Origin: Chloroflexota bacterium
GTDB taxonomy: Bacteria; Chloroflexota; Limnocylindria; Limnocylindrales; CSP1-4
Assembly (NCBI GenBank): GCA_037140135.1
Contig: JBAXFC010000001.1
Location: forward strand, 1-30,190
Length of the DNA: 30,190 bases
Reading direction: 5' to 3'
Position 1 is the stretch's first letter. Each line of letters starts with the position of its first letter. The position numbers and the translations under genes are program-made. Under the pieces are notes generated by a model. The model saw only the letters and a list, made by a program, of their open reading frames with translations, had not been told where the DNA came from and searched no databases. Positions 8,077-16,167 of this stretch are shown here, one piece after another.

Positions 8077-9618
8077 GTGACCTCCACTCCGCGGGACGGG
8101 GGCGCCAGGAGCCCGAATCCACCCGGCGATGACGAGCCGCGGGTGCTGCTTCCGGAGACGGCGCGGGTCGCCCGCGGTGGACCCGGACCCCTGATCGTGG
8201 CCGCCCTCGTGGCGGCCGCGTTCGTTCTCGGGCTGGTGCGCCCGTGGGACTGGGTGGTGCCCGCTTGGACCGGGGACGGCGGCCCGTCCGGGAGCGCCCC
8301 GGCGTCAGCGCCCGCGCACGTCGCGTCGGATGGGGCGACGCCCGGGCCAACCGCACCCAGGGCGCCGTTCGCCGAGCCCGTCTGCGGCTACCCGACGAGC
8401 TGGCGCATCGCCGCCGATCTCGACTGGGTCGGCCACCGGGCTCGGACCTGGACGGCCGCCACAGCCGTTCCCGCATCCGGACCCACCGACCCCTCAATCA
8501 TCCCGCTGCCCGTGATCTCGTCGGTGGTGACGGCGATCGGGTGGTGCGCGCCGGTCAGCGGACCGGAGCGACCGCCGCGGACAGCCGCGGGGACGCTGTT
8601 CCGGCTTGACGCGGACGGGAGCGCGAGTGGCTCCCCGGTCGCCCGATCCGCGGTGGAGGTGTCCTTCGACCGCCTGGAGCCCGCCGCGCCCGATGCGCTG
8701 GGCGAGGTGTGGGTGCCGGTGCCGCGATCGGTGGGCATGCGGCCGCCATGGCCCGCCGGACGGTACGTGATCCGACTTGGCACGGCGGATGGGAGCTTCG
8801 TGCGATACCTCGGGATCGAGGTGGTGATCACAGCGGAGCCGTCACCGTCCGTGGAGCCGTCACCGGCCCTTCGCCAGGCCGGTCCGACGGTTGCATGGCG
8901 GGACGCTTCACCCGCACCGCGGGGGATCCACGACGTGACGGTGGCCCCGGGGCCCCGGCGGGGGAGACTAGAAGCGCGGCGCCTCGCGGACGATGTCGAA
9001 CGCGGCGCGCGCCATGACGATCGCGCCCACCACGGAGATCCAGAGCCCGTACGCGCGGTCCGGCAGCAGGCCGGCGGGTGCCGGCAGCGCGGCGGGCAGC
9101 CAGAGCGCGATGCCCACGAGCGCTGCGATCGCGAGGATCCCGAACGAGAGCCCGCGGTCGATCCCCAGCGGCCGCACGCCGGCCGCATACGGCAGGAGCA
9201 CGAGCGCCAGGGTGGCCAGCGCGGTCACGAACACCACCACGCCCGGGAAGTAGTCGAAGGCGCGATAGATCTCGGGCGGGAGGCCGCCGTCACCGCCGAC
9301 CGTGAACCACGGCAGCACGCAGCCGATCATCAGCACGATGGCGCCGATCGCCGCCAGCCGCCTGCCCCCACCCATGGACCGCCGATGCATATCAGTCGGC
9401 CGAACTGTAGACCTCGGGGCGCAGGACGCCCACGAAGCGCAGGTTCCGGTAGTGCTCGCCGTAGTCCAGCCCGTAGCCGACCACGAACTGGTCCGGGATC
9501 TCGAACCCCTGGTAGTCAACCGGGATCTCGACCAGGCGGCGGGCGGGCTTGTCGAGCAGTGTGCAGATCCGCAGCGAGGCCGGGTTCTTGCCGCGCAGGT
9601 AGCGGACCAGGTAGTTGA
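8077..9618 (+). CDS. Hypothetical single-TM-anchored protein; coding-like part ends near 8870 but the frame stays open antisense over two downstream genes
   Basis: GTG start after livF; TM segment LIVAALVAAAFVLGLV; Pro/Ala linker; domain with two Cys and WPAGRYVIRL; true 3' end uncertain. Confidence 0.55.
   Translation: MTSTPRDGGARSPNPPGDDEPRVLLPETARVARGGPGPLIVAALVAAAFVLGLVRPWDWVVPAWTGDGGPSGSAPASAPAHVASDGATPGPTAPRAPFAEPVCGYPTSWRIAADLDWVGHRARTWTAATAVPASGPTDPSIIPLPVISSVVTAIGWCAPVSGPERPPRTAAGTLFRLDADGSASGSPVARSAVEVSFDRLEPAAPDALGEVWVPVPRSVGMRPPWPAGRYVIRLGTADGSFVRYLGIEVVITAEPSPSVEPSPALRQAGPTVAWRDASPAPRGIHDVTVAPGPRRGRLEARRLADDVERGARHDDRAHHGDPEPVRAVRQQAGGCRQRGGQPERDAHERCDREDPEREPAVDPQRPHAGRIRQEHERQGGQRGHEHHHAREVVEGAIDLGREAAVTADREPRQHAADHQHDGADRRQPPAPTHGPPMHISRPNCRPRGAGRPRSAGSGSARRSPARSRPRTGPGSRTPGSQPGSRPGGGRACRAVCRSAARPGSCRAGSGPGS
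8968..9390 (-). CDS. Hypothetical multi-pass membrane protein (about 4 TM)
   Basis: ATG 1 nt after the hpt stop; hydrophobic segments, GCVLPWF and YGLWISVVG motifs. Confidence 0.8.
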   Translation of the reverse strand: MHRRSMGGGRRLAAIGAIVLMIGCVLPWFTVGGDGGLPPEIYRAFDYFPGVVVFVTALATLALVLLPYAAGVRPLGIDRGLSFGILAIAALVGIALWLPAALPAPAGLLPDRAYGLWISVVGAIVMARAAFDIVREAPRF

Positions 9619-9958
9619 GCGTGAGCCCGGTGTCGATGATGTCCTCGACCAGCAGGACGTCCTCGCCGTCGATGCTCTTGGACAGGTCCTTGATGATCCG
9701 CACCAGGCCCGAGGACTCCGTGGCGGTGCCGCCATAGGAGCTGACCTCCATGAGGTCGATCCGCAGGGGGAGCGGGATCTGGCGCATCAGGTCGGCCATG
9801 AACGGCAGCGAGCCCTTCAGCACGCTGACCAGGGTCAGGGTCTTGCCGGCGTAGTCGATGCCGATCTGGCGCCCAAGCTCTGCGACGCGGGCGGCGATGA
9901 CCTCCTCGCTGAGCAGGACCTCCCCGATGTCGGCGACGAGATCGGTCTGGTGGGTCAT
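9392..9958 (-). CDS. hpt: Hypoxanthine phosphoribosyltransferase
   Basis: VLKGSLPFMADL, VSSYG, PRPP motif VLLVEDIIDTGLTL, FVVGYGLDY. Confidence 0.97.
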   Translation of the reverse strand: MTHQTDLVADIGEVLLSEEVIAARVAELGRQIGIDYAGKTLTLVSVLKGSLPFMADLMRQIPLPLRIDLMEVSSYGGTATESSGLVRIIKDLSKSIDGEDVLLVEDIIDTGLTLNYLVRYLRGKNPASLRICTLLDKPARRLVEIPVDYQGFEIPDQFVVGYGLDYGEHYRNLRFVGVLRPEVYSSAD

Positions 9959-10046
9959 GACGGGGTGCTCGATGCCTCCGGCTCAGGACGTGTCGGGTAC
10001 CGGATGATGATCGCCTGTCCGGCGCTGCCGCGCATGGTCGTCCGTG

Positions 10047-10694
10047 TCACGAATCGGTATCCGCTTCCGTGCCGGCGTGGGCCGCGAGCAGCAGGGCAGC
10101 GACGGTCTCGCCTGCGTGCCGGCGGCGGCGTCCACGGCGGCGGCCACGTGAGCGGGTGGCCCCCCCGATGGGGGCCGGCTCCTCGCCTCCATCGGGATCG
10201 AAACCGGTCCCGGCGGGCGGGCCGGCATCGGCGGGCTCCGCGGTCGCGACGGCCGCGCGGGTCGTGAGCCCGGCGTGCTCGCCCGCCTCGGTCACGATCT
10301 GGTCCGCCGGGCGGGGAGGCGTCGCCTGGCCGACCGTGCCGGAGAGCTCGTCGGCAAGGGCGAGGCGCCCGAACTTGAGCAGCAGCATCCGGAAGTCGCG
10401 GGCGTAGAACAGCTTGATCCGCACGTCCGGGTAGAGCTCCCGCAGGCGGCGCAGCTTGCGGTTCTTCTTGCGCACCAGCTTCTGCTTGAGCGTGGTGAGC
10501 TCGACATAGAGGTCCATCTCCGGCAGGAAGAAATCCGGGGAGAAGCTCTCGACGACCTCGCCCTCGAAGTTCCAGCCGATCGGAAAGGTGTCCGGCTCGT
10601 AGACCCAGAGGACCTGGTAGAAGTCCAGGATCCGGGCCAGCTCGGCCTCGCTCGCGTGGGCGAAGGCGGCGCGCGGAGCGATGGCCGCGGTCAT
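10047..10694 (-). CDS. PD-(D/E)XK-like nuclease-fold hypothetical protein with Arg-rich tail, upstream of hpt
   Basis: FAHASEAELARILDFY..YEP..F..SPDFFLPEMDLYVELTT..KKNRK; the PDF...ExT pattern resembles the PD-(D/E)XK core. Confidence 0.75.
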   Translation of the reverse strand: MTAAIAPRAAFAHASEAELARILDFYQVLWVYEPDTFPIGWNFEGEVVESFSPDFFLPEMDLYVELTTLKQKLVRKKNRKLRRLRELYPDVRIKLFYARDFRMLLLKFGRLALADELSGTVGQATPPRPADQIVTEAGEHAGLTTRAAVATAEPADAGPPAGTGFDPDGGEEPAPIGGATRSRGRRRGRRRRHAGETVAALLLAAHAGTEADTDS

Positions 10695-10804
10695 GCCGCG
10701 CAGCGCGACGTGCAGCCGGCGTCGAGGTGATGCTGCCGGGGTCCGCGGTGATCCATGGAAGGTCAGTCTACCGAAGCACCGGCGCCTGCGCGCGAGGCTG
10801 ATCG

Positions 10805-10823
10805 GATACCCCCATGGGGTATC
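10805..10823. promoter_or_regulatory. CsoR-type operator palindrome overlapping the -10 of csoR
   Basis: GATACCCC-cat-GGGGTATC, perfect 8-bp inverted repeat with C/G tracts typical of CsoR/RcnR sites; TATCAT at 10820-10825. Confidence 0.75.
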
Positions 10824-10831
10824 ATGCGGCC

Positions 10832-11212
10832 ATGCCCGAGCCCAGCACCCGACCGGCGCCCACGGCGGCCCATGGCGGTCGCGGCGCCATCACCGACGAC
10901 CAGGCCTTCCGCCACAGCTACACCAAGGACAAGGCGCAGCTCGTCCGGCGCCTGTCGCGGATCGAGGGCCAGGTGCGCGGCATCGCCCGCATGGTCGAGC
11001 GCGAGGAGTACTGCGTGGACATCCTCCAGCAGACCGCCGCGCTCCGGGCCGCCGTCGATGCCGTCTCGATCATGATCCTCGAGGATCATGTCCAGGGCTG
11101 CATCCGGAGCGCCGCCGAGCGCGGTGAGGCGGACAGGTACGTGGACGAGGTGGTGGACGTCGTGCGTCGCACCCTCGGACGACCGATCCGCGGCTCCAAG
11201 AGCTCTGGCTGA
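10832..11212 (+). CDS. csoR: Metal-sensitive transcriptional repressor, CsoR/RcnR family
   Basis: LVRRLSRIEGQVRGIARMVEREEYCVDILQQ..A..EDHVQGC with the C-H-C ligand set. Confidence 0.9.
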   Translation: MPEPSTRPAPTAAHGGRGAITDDQAFRHSYTKDKAQLVRRLSRIEGQVRGIARMVEREEYCVDILQQTAALRAAVDAVSIMILEDHVQGCIRSAAERGEADRYVDEVVDVVRRTLGRPIRGSKSSG

Positions 11213-11229
11213 GGATTGCTCGTGCCGGG

Positions 11230-11238
11230 TTATCCACA
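11230..11238 (+). promoter_or_regulatory. DnaA box (perfect)
   Basis: TTATCCACA, 9/9 consensus. Confidence 0.7.
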
Positions 11239-11262
11239 GCGGATTTCCCCAACGGTGCGAAT

Positions 11263-11271
11263 CGTGGATAA
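11263..11271 (-). promoter_or_regulatory. DnaA box (8/9), inverted relative to the first
   Basis: CGTGGATAA = reverse complement of TTATCCACG. Confidence 0.6.
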
Positions 11272-11277
11272 GCCCTA

Positions 11278-11306
11278 TTGACTCCGTCCGACCGCAACCC
11301 TAACGT
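11278..11306 (+). promoter_or_regulatory. sigma70-type promoter
   Basis: TTGACT-N17-TAACGT. Confidence 0.65.
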
Positions 11307-11312
11307 CCGGAC

Positions 11313-11450
11313 TCCGCACGCAGCACGCGCGCAACGGGGAGCGCCATCCGCGAGGGGCACCGGGGAGACCCGGGCCGGAACCGACCGGGTGGCGCCAGAC
11401 CGGACGACGCCGGCTGCGGCGCACGAACGACGCCGGGAGCGGCTCCCGGA
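11313..11450 (+). ncRNA. Structured RNA candidate (6S-like architecture or structured rsmG leader)
   Basis: Helices 11319-11324/11413-11418 and 11341-11350/11386-11395 flank a ~16x17-nt bubble; GAGA-tetraloop hairpin 11360-11373; 3' hairpin 11433-11449; lies directly after a promoter. Confidence 0.4.
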
Positions 11451-11469
11451 CGGCCCTGTGCACAACCAC

Positions 11470-12255
11470 ATGGAGGGTGCCCTGGACCGGCCGAGAGATC
11501 CGCTCCCGACGCGCGTTTCCGACCTTCCCGAGCTTCCGCCCGAGTACGGCGATGTGCTCGAGAGCGGCCTGGCAGCCCTCGGCCTGGAGCTGGAGGCCGA
11601 GGTCCGCGAGCAGATCGACGGCCACGTCCGGCTGCTGCTTGCCTGGACCGCCGCCATCAACCTGACCGCCATCCGCGAGCCGGCCGACGTCGCCCGCCTC
11701 CATGTCCTCGACAGCCTCGCCGCCGTGCGGCCGCTGCGCGAGCGGGGCGCGGACGGCCTGCTCGACATCGGCAGCGGGGGCGGGTTCCCGGGGCTGCCCC
11801 TGGCCGCCGCGCTTGGTGCCCGGCGGGCGCTGCTGGTGGACTCGGTGGGCAAGAAGGTCCGCTTCCTCCAGACGGTGATCGAGGCGACGGGCCGGGGAGG
11901 CTCCGCCGCCGCCGAGACGGCACGGGTCGAGGCGCTCGCCCACGATCCTCGGGACCGCGAGGCGTGGCCGGTCGTGACCGCGCGGGCCGTCAGCACGCTC
12001 GCCGAGCTGGTCGAGATCGGGCTGCCGCTGGTGGAGCCGTCCGGTGTGCTCGTGGCCTGGAAGCGGGCGCCGGTCGAGGCGGAGCTCGAAGCGGCCGCGA
12101 ACGTGCTCGACATCCTGCAGGCGGGGCTCGTGACCGTCATCGGGTGCGACGTGCCCGGCCTCGAGGACCATCGCCTGGTCATCGTCCCGCGGGCCGGGCC
12201 GATCCATCCCCGGTTCCCCCGCGATCCCGCGGAGCGCCGCCAGCGCCCCCTCTGA
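11470..12255 (+). CDS. rsmG: 16S rRNA (guanine(527)-N7)-methyltransferase
   Basis: WTAAINLTA, HVLDSL, DIGSGGGFPG, DSVGKKVRFL, ARAV; exact start uncertain. Confidence 0.93.
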   Translation: MEGALDRPRDPLPTRVSDLPELPPEYGDVLESGLAALGLELEAEVREQIDGHVRLLLAWTAAINLTAIREPADVARLHVLDSLAAVRPLRERGADGLLDIGSGGGFPGLPLAAALGARRALLVDSVGKKVRFLQTVIEATGRGGSAAAETARVEALAHDPRDREAWPVVTARAVSTLAELVEIGLPLVEPSGVLVAWKRAPVEAELEAAANVLDILQAGLVTVIGCDVPGLEDHRLVIVPRAGPIHPRFPRDPAERRQRPL

Positions 12256-12322
12256 GCGGCCCGGCCGGCCGGAGCGCACCGGCGCCCGTTCCCCGCCCGT
12301 CCGCTGCGCTACCCTCGAGCGG

Positions 12323-13045
12323 ATGCGCGTCGCCGTGCTCTCCGACATCCACGCCAACATCGTCGCCCTCGATGCCGTCCTCGCAGCCGTGCCATCGGTG
12401 GACGAGGTCTGGCAGCTGGGCGACGTCGTGGGCTACGGCCCCCAGCCCGATGCCGTCATCGCGCGCCTGCGCGAGGTGGGTGCCATCGGCGTGCGCGGCA
12501 ACCACGATGCCGCCGCCCTGGGCGGGCCGGAGATCGACTATTTCAACGCCGACGCCAAGGCGGCCATGGAGTGGACCAGGACCCGCCTCGGCGACGAGGC
12601 CAGGGCATGGTTGCGCGCCCTCCCGGAGCGCCTCGAGCGCGAGGGCTTCACCCTCGTCCACGGCAGCCCCCGCGATCCGATCTGGGAGTACGTGACCTCC
12701 ACCCCGGTTGCCCGGGCGGGGATGGCTGCCCTGGAGACCGACGGCGGCCTGCACGGCCACACCCATCTCCCGATCGCCTACATCGAGGAGGACGGGCGCC
12801 TGGAGACGATGAGCCCCGGCGACGGGTCGCAGCTGGTCTTCGACGGCCGGCGGGTGCTCCTCAACCCCGGCAGCGTCGGCCAGCCGCGCGACGGCATTCC
12901 CACGGCCTCGTGGCTGCTGCTCGACACCGATGCCGGCACCGCGACCTGGCACCGGACCTCGTACAACATCGCCCTCGTCCAGAACGAGATGGCCACCTTG
13001 TCGCTCCCGGAGCGACTCGTGGCCCGGCTCGCCTACGGGCTCTGA
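12323..13045 (+). CDS. Calcineurin-like metallophosphoesterase family protein
   Basis: SDIH, GDVVGYG, GNHD, VHGSP, GHTH, NPGSVGQPRD motifs. Confidence 0.92.
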   Translation: MRVAVLSDIHANIVALDAVLAAVPSVDEVWQLGDVVGYGPQPDAVIARLREVGAIGVRGNHDAAALGGPEIDYFNADAKAAMEWTRTRLGDEARAWLRALPERLEREGFTLVHGSPRDPIWEYVTSTPVARAGMAALETDGGLHGHTHLPIAYIEEDGRLETMSPGDGSQLVFDGRRVLLNPGSVGQPRDGIPTASWLLLDTDAGTATWHRTSYNIALVQNEMATLSLPERLVARLAYGL

Positions 13046-13048
13046 CGA

Positions 13049-15103
13049 GTGATCGGAGGACGCCGGCCCGTCCAGGGCCGCAAGGTCGGCGACAAGCGGA
13101 TCCGCGTGGAGCGCCACCACACGCCGTACTTCCGCTACACCGGCCCCAACCAGCTGATTGCCAAGCCCGCCGCGTCACAGCCCCGCACGCCGCTGGGCCA
13201 TGCCATCAACCGCCTCAAGCAGGGGGTCTTCGGGCGCCCGCTGGCCAACGAGGAGGAGATCGGCGAGCGGCTGCCCAAGAAGCTCGCCCTGCCCATCTTC
13301 TCGTCGGATGCGATCTCGTCCTCCGCCTACGCGACCGACGAGATCCTGCGGGTCCTGGTGCTCGCCGGGGCCAGCGCGCTCTACATCTCGATCGAGGTCG
13401 CGATCGCGATCGCGGTCCTGCTGACGGTGGTCTCGTTCAGCTACCGCCAGGTCTGCCGCGCGTACCCGTCGGGGGGCGGCGCCTACATCGTCGCCCGCGA
13501 GAACCTCTCCCAGACGGCGGGGCTGGTCGCCGCGGCCGCCCTGTTCATCGACTACATCATGACCGTGGCGGTCTCGACGGCATCGGCCGTCTCCCAGGCC
13601 TACTCGGTGTGGCCGGTCCTGTACGACATCCGGATCGAGATCGCCCTGGCGGCGATCGCGCTGATCACGGTGGCCAACCTGCGCGGCCTGCGCGAGTCCG
13701 GGAACATCTTCGCCCTGCCCACGTACCTGTTCGTCGGCATGGCGCTGCTCATGATCGCGCTGGGCCTGGAGCACATCGCCACCAACAACGTGCCCGCGCT
13801 GGCCGACCCGCCGTTCGTGATCAAGCCGCCGGACGTGCTGGAGCCGCTCACGCTCCTGCTCCTGCTCAAGGCGTTCGCGGGCGGTGCCGTCGCCCTGACC
13901 GGCGTCGAGGCCATCGCGAACGGCGTGCCGGCCTTCAAGCCGCCCGAGTCCAGGAACGCGGGCAACACGATGACCATGATGGCCATCCTGCTGGGCGTCC
14001 TGTTCATCGGCATCACCTTCGTGGGCAACCGGTTCGGCATCCAGCCCACGACCGAGGCCGGCCCGACGGCCATCGCCCAGGTGTCGAGCTCCGTGTTCGG
14101 GGCCGGCTCGCCCCTGTTCGTGCTGTTCCAGATCAGCACTGCGCTGATCCTGTTCCTGGCCGTGAACACGAGCTTCAACGCGTTCCCGCGCCTGGCCGCG
14201 ATCCTGGCCGAGGACGGCTTCATGCCGCGCCAGTTCGCCGTCCGCGGTGACCGCCTCGCCTTCTCGTGGGGCATCGTCGTCCTCGCCGTCGTGGCCGCCA
14301 TGCTGCTCATCTACTTCCAGGGCGACGTCCACCTCCTGATCCCGCTCTACTCGGTGGGCGTGTTCGTCTGCTTCACCCTCTCGCAGGTCGGCATGGTCCG
14401 CCACTGGCTCTCGAGCAAGGAGCCGGGCTGGCACTGGCGGCTCGCGGTCAACGGCGCGGGCGCGATCCTCACGGCGATCGTGCTCGCGGTCGTCTCGTAC
14501 GTGAAGTTCGCGGCCGGCGCGTACCTCGTGCTGGTCCTGATCCCCACGCTCGTGGTCCTGATGGTCTTCATCAACCGCCAGTACGCCGCGTCCAAGCGCC
14601 AGCTCGCCGTCCGATCGGACTACGTGGTGGTGGCACCAGGACGCGAGGAACGGGCGATCGTGCCGGTCCCGGGCGTCAATCGCGCCGTCGTGCGGGCCCT
14701 GGGCGTCGCCCGCTCCCTGGCTGACGACGTCAACGCGGTCTACATCAGCAGCGACCCCGCGGACTCGGCGGAGATGCGGGAGGAGTGGGAGCGGCACGTC
14801 CCCGGCATCCCGCTGGTGATCGTGGAATCGCCGTACCGGGCGCTGGCCGGCCCGCTCCTCGCCTACCTCGACGTGCTCGACCACGCCTGGCCACCCGGCA
14901 AGCCCGCGCCGATCACGTTCGTCGTGGTGCCCGAGTACGTGGCCAAGCACTGGTGGGAGCGGATCCTCTACAACCAGGCGTCGCGCCGCCTGCGGACCGT
15001 CCTCCTGGGCCGACCCCACACGGTGGTGGTGGACGTCCCCTATCGCCGGGACGAGCCCCAGGACGAGATGGCGATACCACCCGAGCCCGGGTCGGCCCAC
15101 TGA
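13049..15103 (+). CDS. kimA: APC-superfamily permease, KimA/YdaO-like (probable K+ transporter) with cytoplasmic USP-like C-terminal domain
   Basis: GRPL..EERL.K.LALPIFSSDAISSSAYATDEIL, YPSGGGAY, NLRGLRESG, ALTGVEAIANG, LIPLYSVGVF; C-terminal VPV..VNRAVVRAL..A. Confidence 0.8.
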   Translation: MIGGRRPVQGRKVGDKRIRVERHHTPYFRYTGPNQLIAKPAASQPRTPLGHAINRLKQGVFGRPLANEEEIGERLPKKLALPIFSSDAISSSAYATDEILRVLVLAGASALYISIEVAIAIAVLLTVVSFSYRQVCRAYPSGGGAYIVARENLSQTAGLVAAAALFIDYIMTVAVSTASAVSQAYSVWPVLYDIRIEIALAAIALITVANLRGLRESGNIFALPTYLFVGMALLMIALGLEHIATNNVPALADPPFVIKPPDVLEPLTLLLLLKAFAGGAVALTGVEAIANGVPAFKPPESRNAGNTMTMMAILLGVLFIGITFVGNRFGIQPTTEAGPTAIAQVSSSVFGAGSPLFVLFQISTALILFLAVNTSFNAFPRLAAILAEDGFMPRQFAVRGDRLAFSWGIVVLAVVAAMLLIYFQGDVHLLIPLYSVGVFVCFTLSQVGMVRHWLSSKEPGWHWRLAVNGAGAILTAIVLAVVSYVKFAAGAYLVLVLIPTLVVLMVFINRQYAASKRQLAVRSDYVVVAPGREERAIVPVPGVNRAVVRALGVARSLADDVNAVYISSDPADSAEMREEWERHVPGIPLVIVESPYRALAGPLLAYLDVLDHAWPPGKPAPITFVVVPEYVAKHWWERILYNQASRRLRTVLLGRPHTVVVDVPYRRDEPQDEMAIPPEPGSAH

Positions 15104-15203
15104 CCCACCCGCCGCCCCGGTGGTATCGTGACCCGGCGCGACGACAAGGCCGGGAACGTCCCGGCGGCCCAGTCGTCGTCAAGCCCGGAGGCTCCGCGAG
15201 ACC

Positions 15204-15662
15204 GTGGCCGATCAGTCGGCTCCCCAATTCCGGCGAGCCGTCGTGGCGCTTTCCGGCAGTCGGACCGACCGCCAGATCGTCGCCCTGGCAGCGGACATCG
15301 CCCGGCAGGGTCATGCAGAGCTCATTGGCGTCCACGTCTTCGAGATCGACTGGACCCATCCGCTCGATGCCGATCTCGCGGGCCACGACGAGGATGCCCA
15401 GCGGGTCCTGGACATCGCGGAGGCAACCGCGGAAGCCGCTCGCTACAAGCTCGAGACCGTCCTGCTGCAGGCCCGCGATGTCGGAGCTGCGATCGTCGAT
15501 GAGGCGGTTGAACGCGAGGCGGACCTGATCATCTGCGGCCTGCCCTTCCGGCGCCGCTTCGGCGGCGACTTCACCGTCGGCCGCACCATCCCCTACATCC
15601 TGAAGAACGCGCCGTGTGCGGTCTGGGTCATCCGCGAAGCGATGCCCGAGGAGCAAGCATGA
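15204..15662 (+). CDS. Universal stress protein (USP) family
   Basis: AVVALSGS, QARDVGAAIVDEA..READLII, GRTIPYILKNAPCAVWV. Confidence 0.88.
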   Translation: MADQSAPQFRRAVVALSGSRTDRQIVALAADIARQGHAELIGVHVFEIDWTHPLDADLAGHDEDAQRVLDIAEATAEAARYKLETVLLQARDVGAAIVDEAVEREADLIICGLPFRRRFGGDFTVGRTIPYILKNAPCAVWVIREAMPEEQA

Positions 15663-16165
15663 AAGCCGTCATCGTCGGCTGTGGTCGCGTCGGGGCCGGA
15701 CTGGCCGCCGAGCTCGATCGCGCCGGGTGGCAGGTCCTGATCCTGGACACCTCGTCGGCCGCGTTCGACCGGCTCCCCTCCTCGTTCGGCGGCACGGCGC
15801 TTCGCGGCGACGGCACGGACGAGGACACGCTCCGCCGCGCCGGCGCGGAGGACGCCGACATGTTCCTGTCCGCGACCGAGGGCGACAACCGGAACATCAT
15901 GGCGGCGCAGCTGAGCCAGGAGGCCCTCGGTGCCCGGCGGGTGATCGCCAAGATCAACGATCCCGTCCGCGCCGAGGCGTACGCCCACCTGGGCATCGCC
16001 ACGCTGTGCCGGACCAACCTCATGACGACCGCGGTCCTCGGCCACCTCGGCCAGGCGACCGGCGGCCTGCCCGGCATCTATGCCCCGGAGAAGCCGCACG
16101 CCCACCACGTCGGCCTCGCGGGCGTTCCGGTCCACGGCGCCAACGCCGACCAGGCGGAGGAGTAG
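15659..16165 (+). CDS. trkA: TrkA-family RCK_N (NAD-binding) protein lacking RCK_C
   Basis: MKAVIVGCGRVG Rossmann motif, GDGTD, ATEGDNRN; ATGA overlap with USP. Confidence 0.88.
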   Translation: MKAVIVGCGRVGAGLAAELDRAGWQVLILDTSSAAFDRLPSSFGGTALRGDGTDEDTLRRAGAEDADMFLSATEGDNRNIMAAQLSQEALGARRVIAKINDPVRAEAYAHLGIATLCRTNLMTTAVLGHLGQATGGLPGIYAPEKPHAHHVGLAGVPVHGANADQAEE

Positions 16166-16167
16166 CC

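Noticed and set aside
11230-11306. oriC at the DnaA boxes
   Set aside because: Only two good boxes (a third, ATTTCCCCA, is 6/9), no AT-rich unwinding element, and no dnaA/dnaN nearby.
11330-11375. SAM-IV or ZTP riboswitch upstream of rsmG
   Set aside because: Only short fragments resemble them (GCAAC, CCGCG..GGGG, CACCGGGGAG); the essential 5' core motifs are missing.
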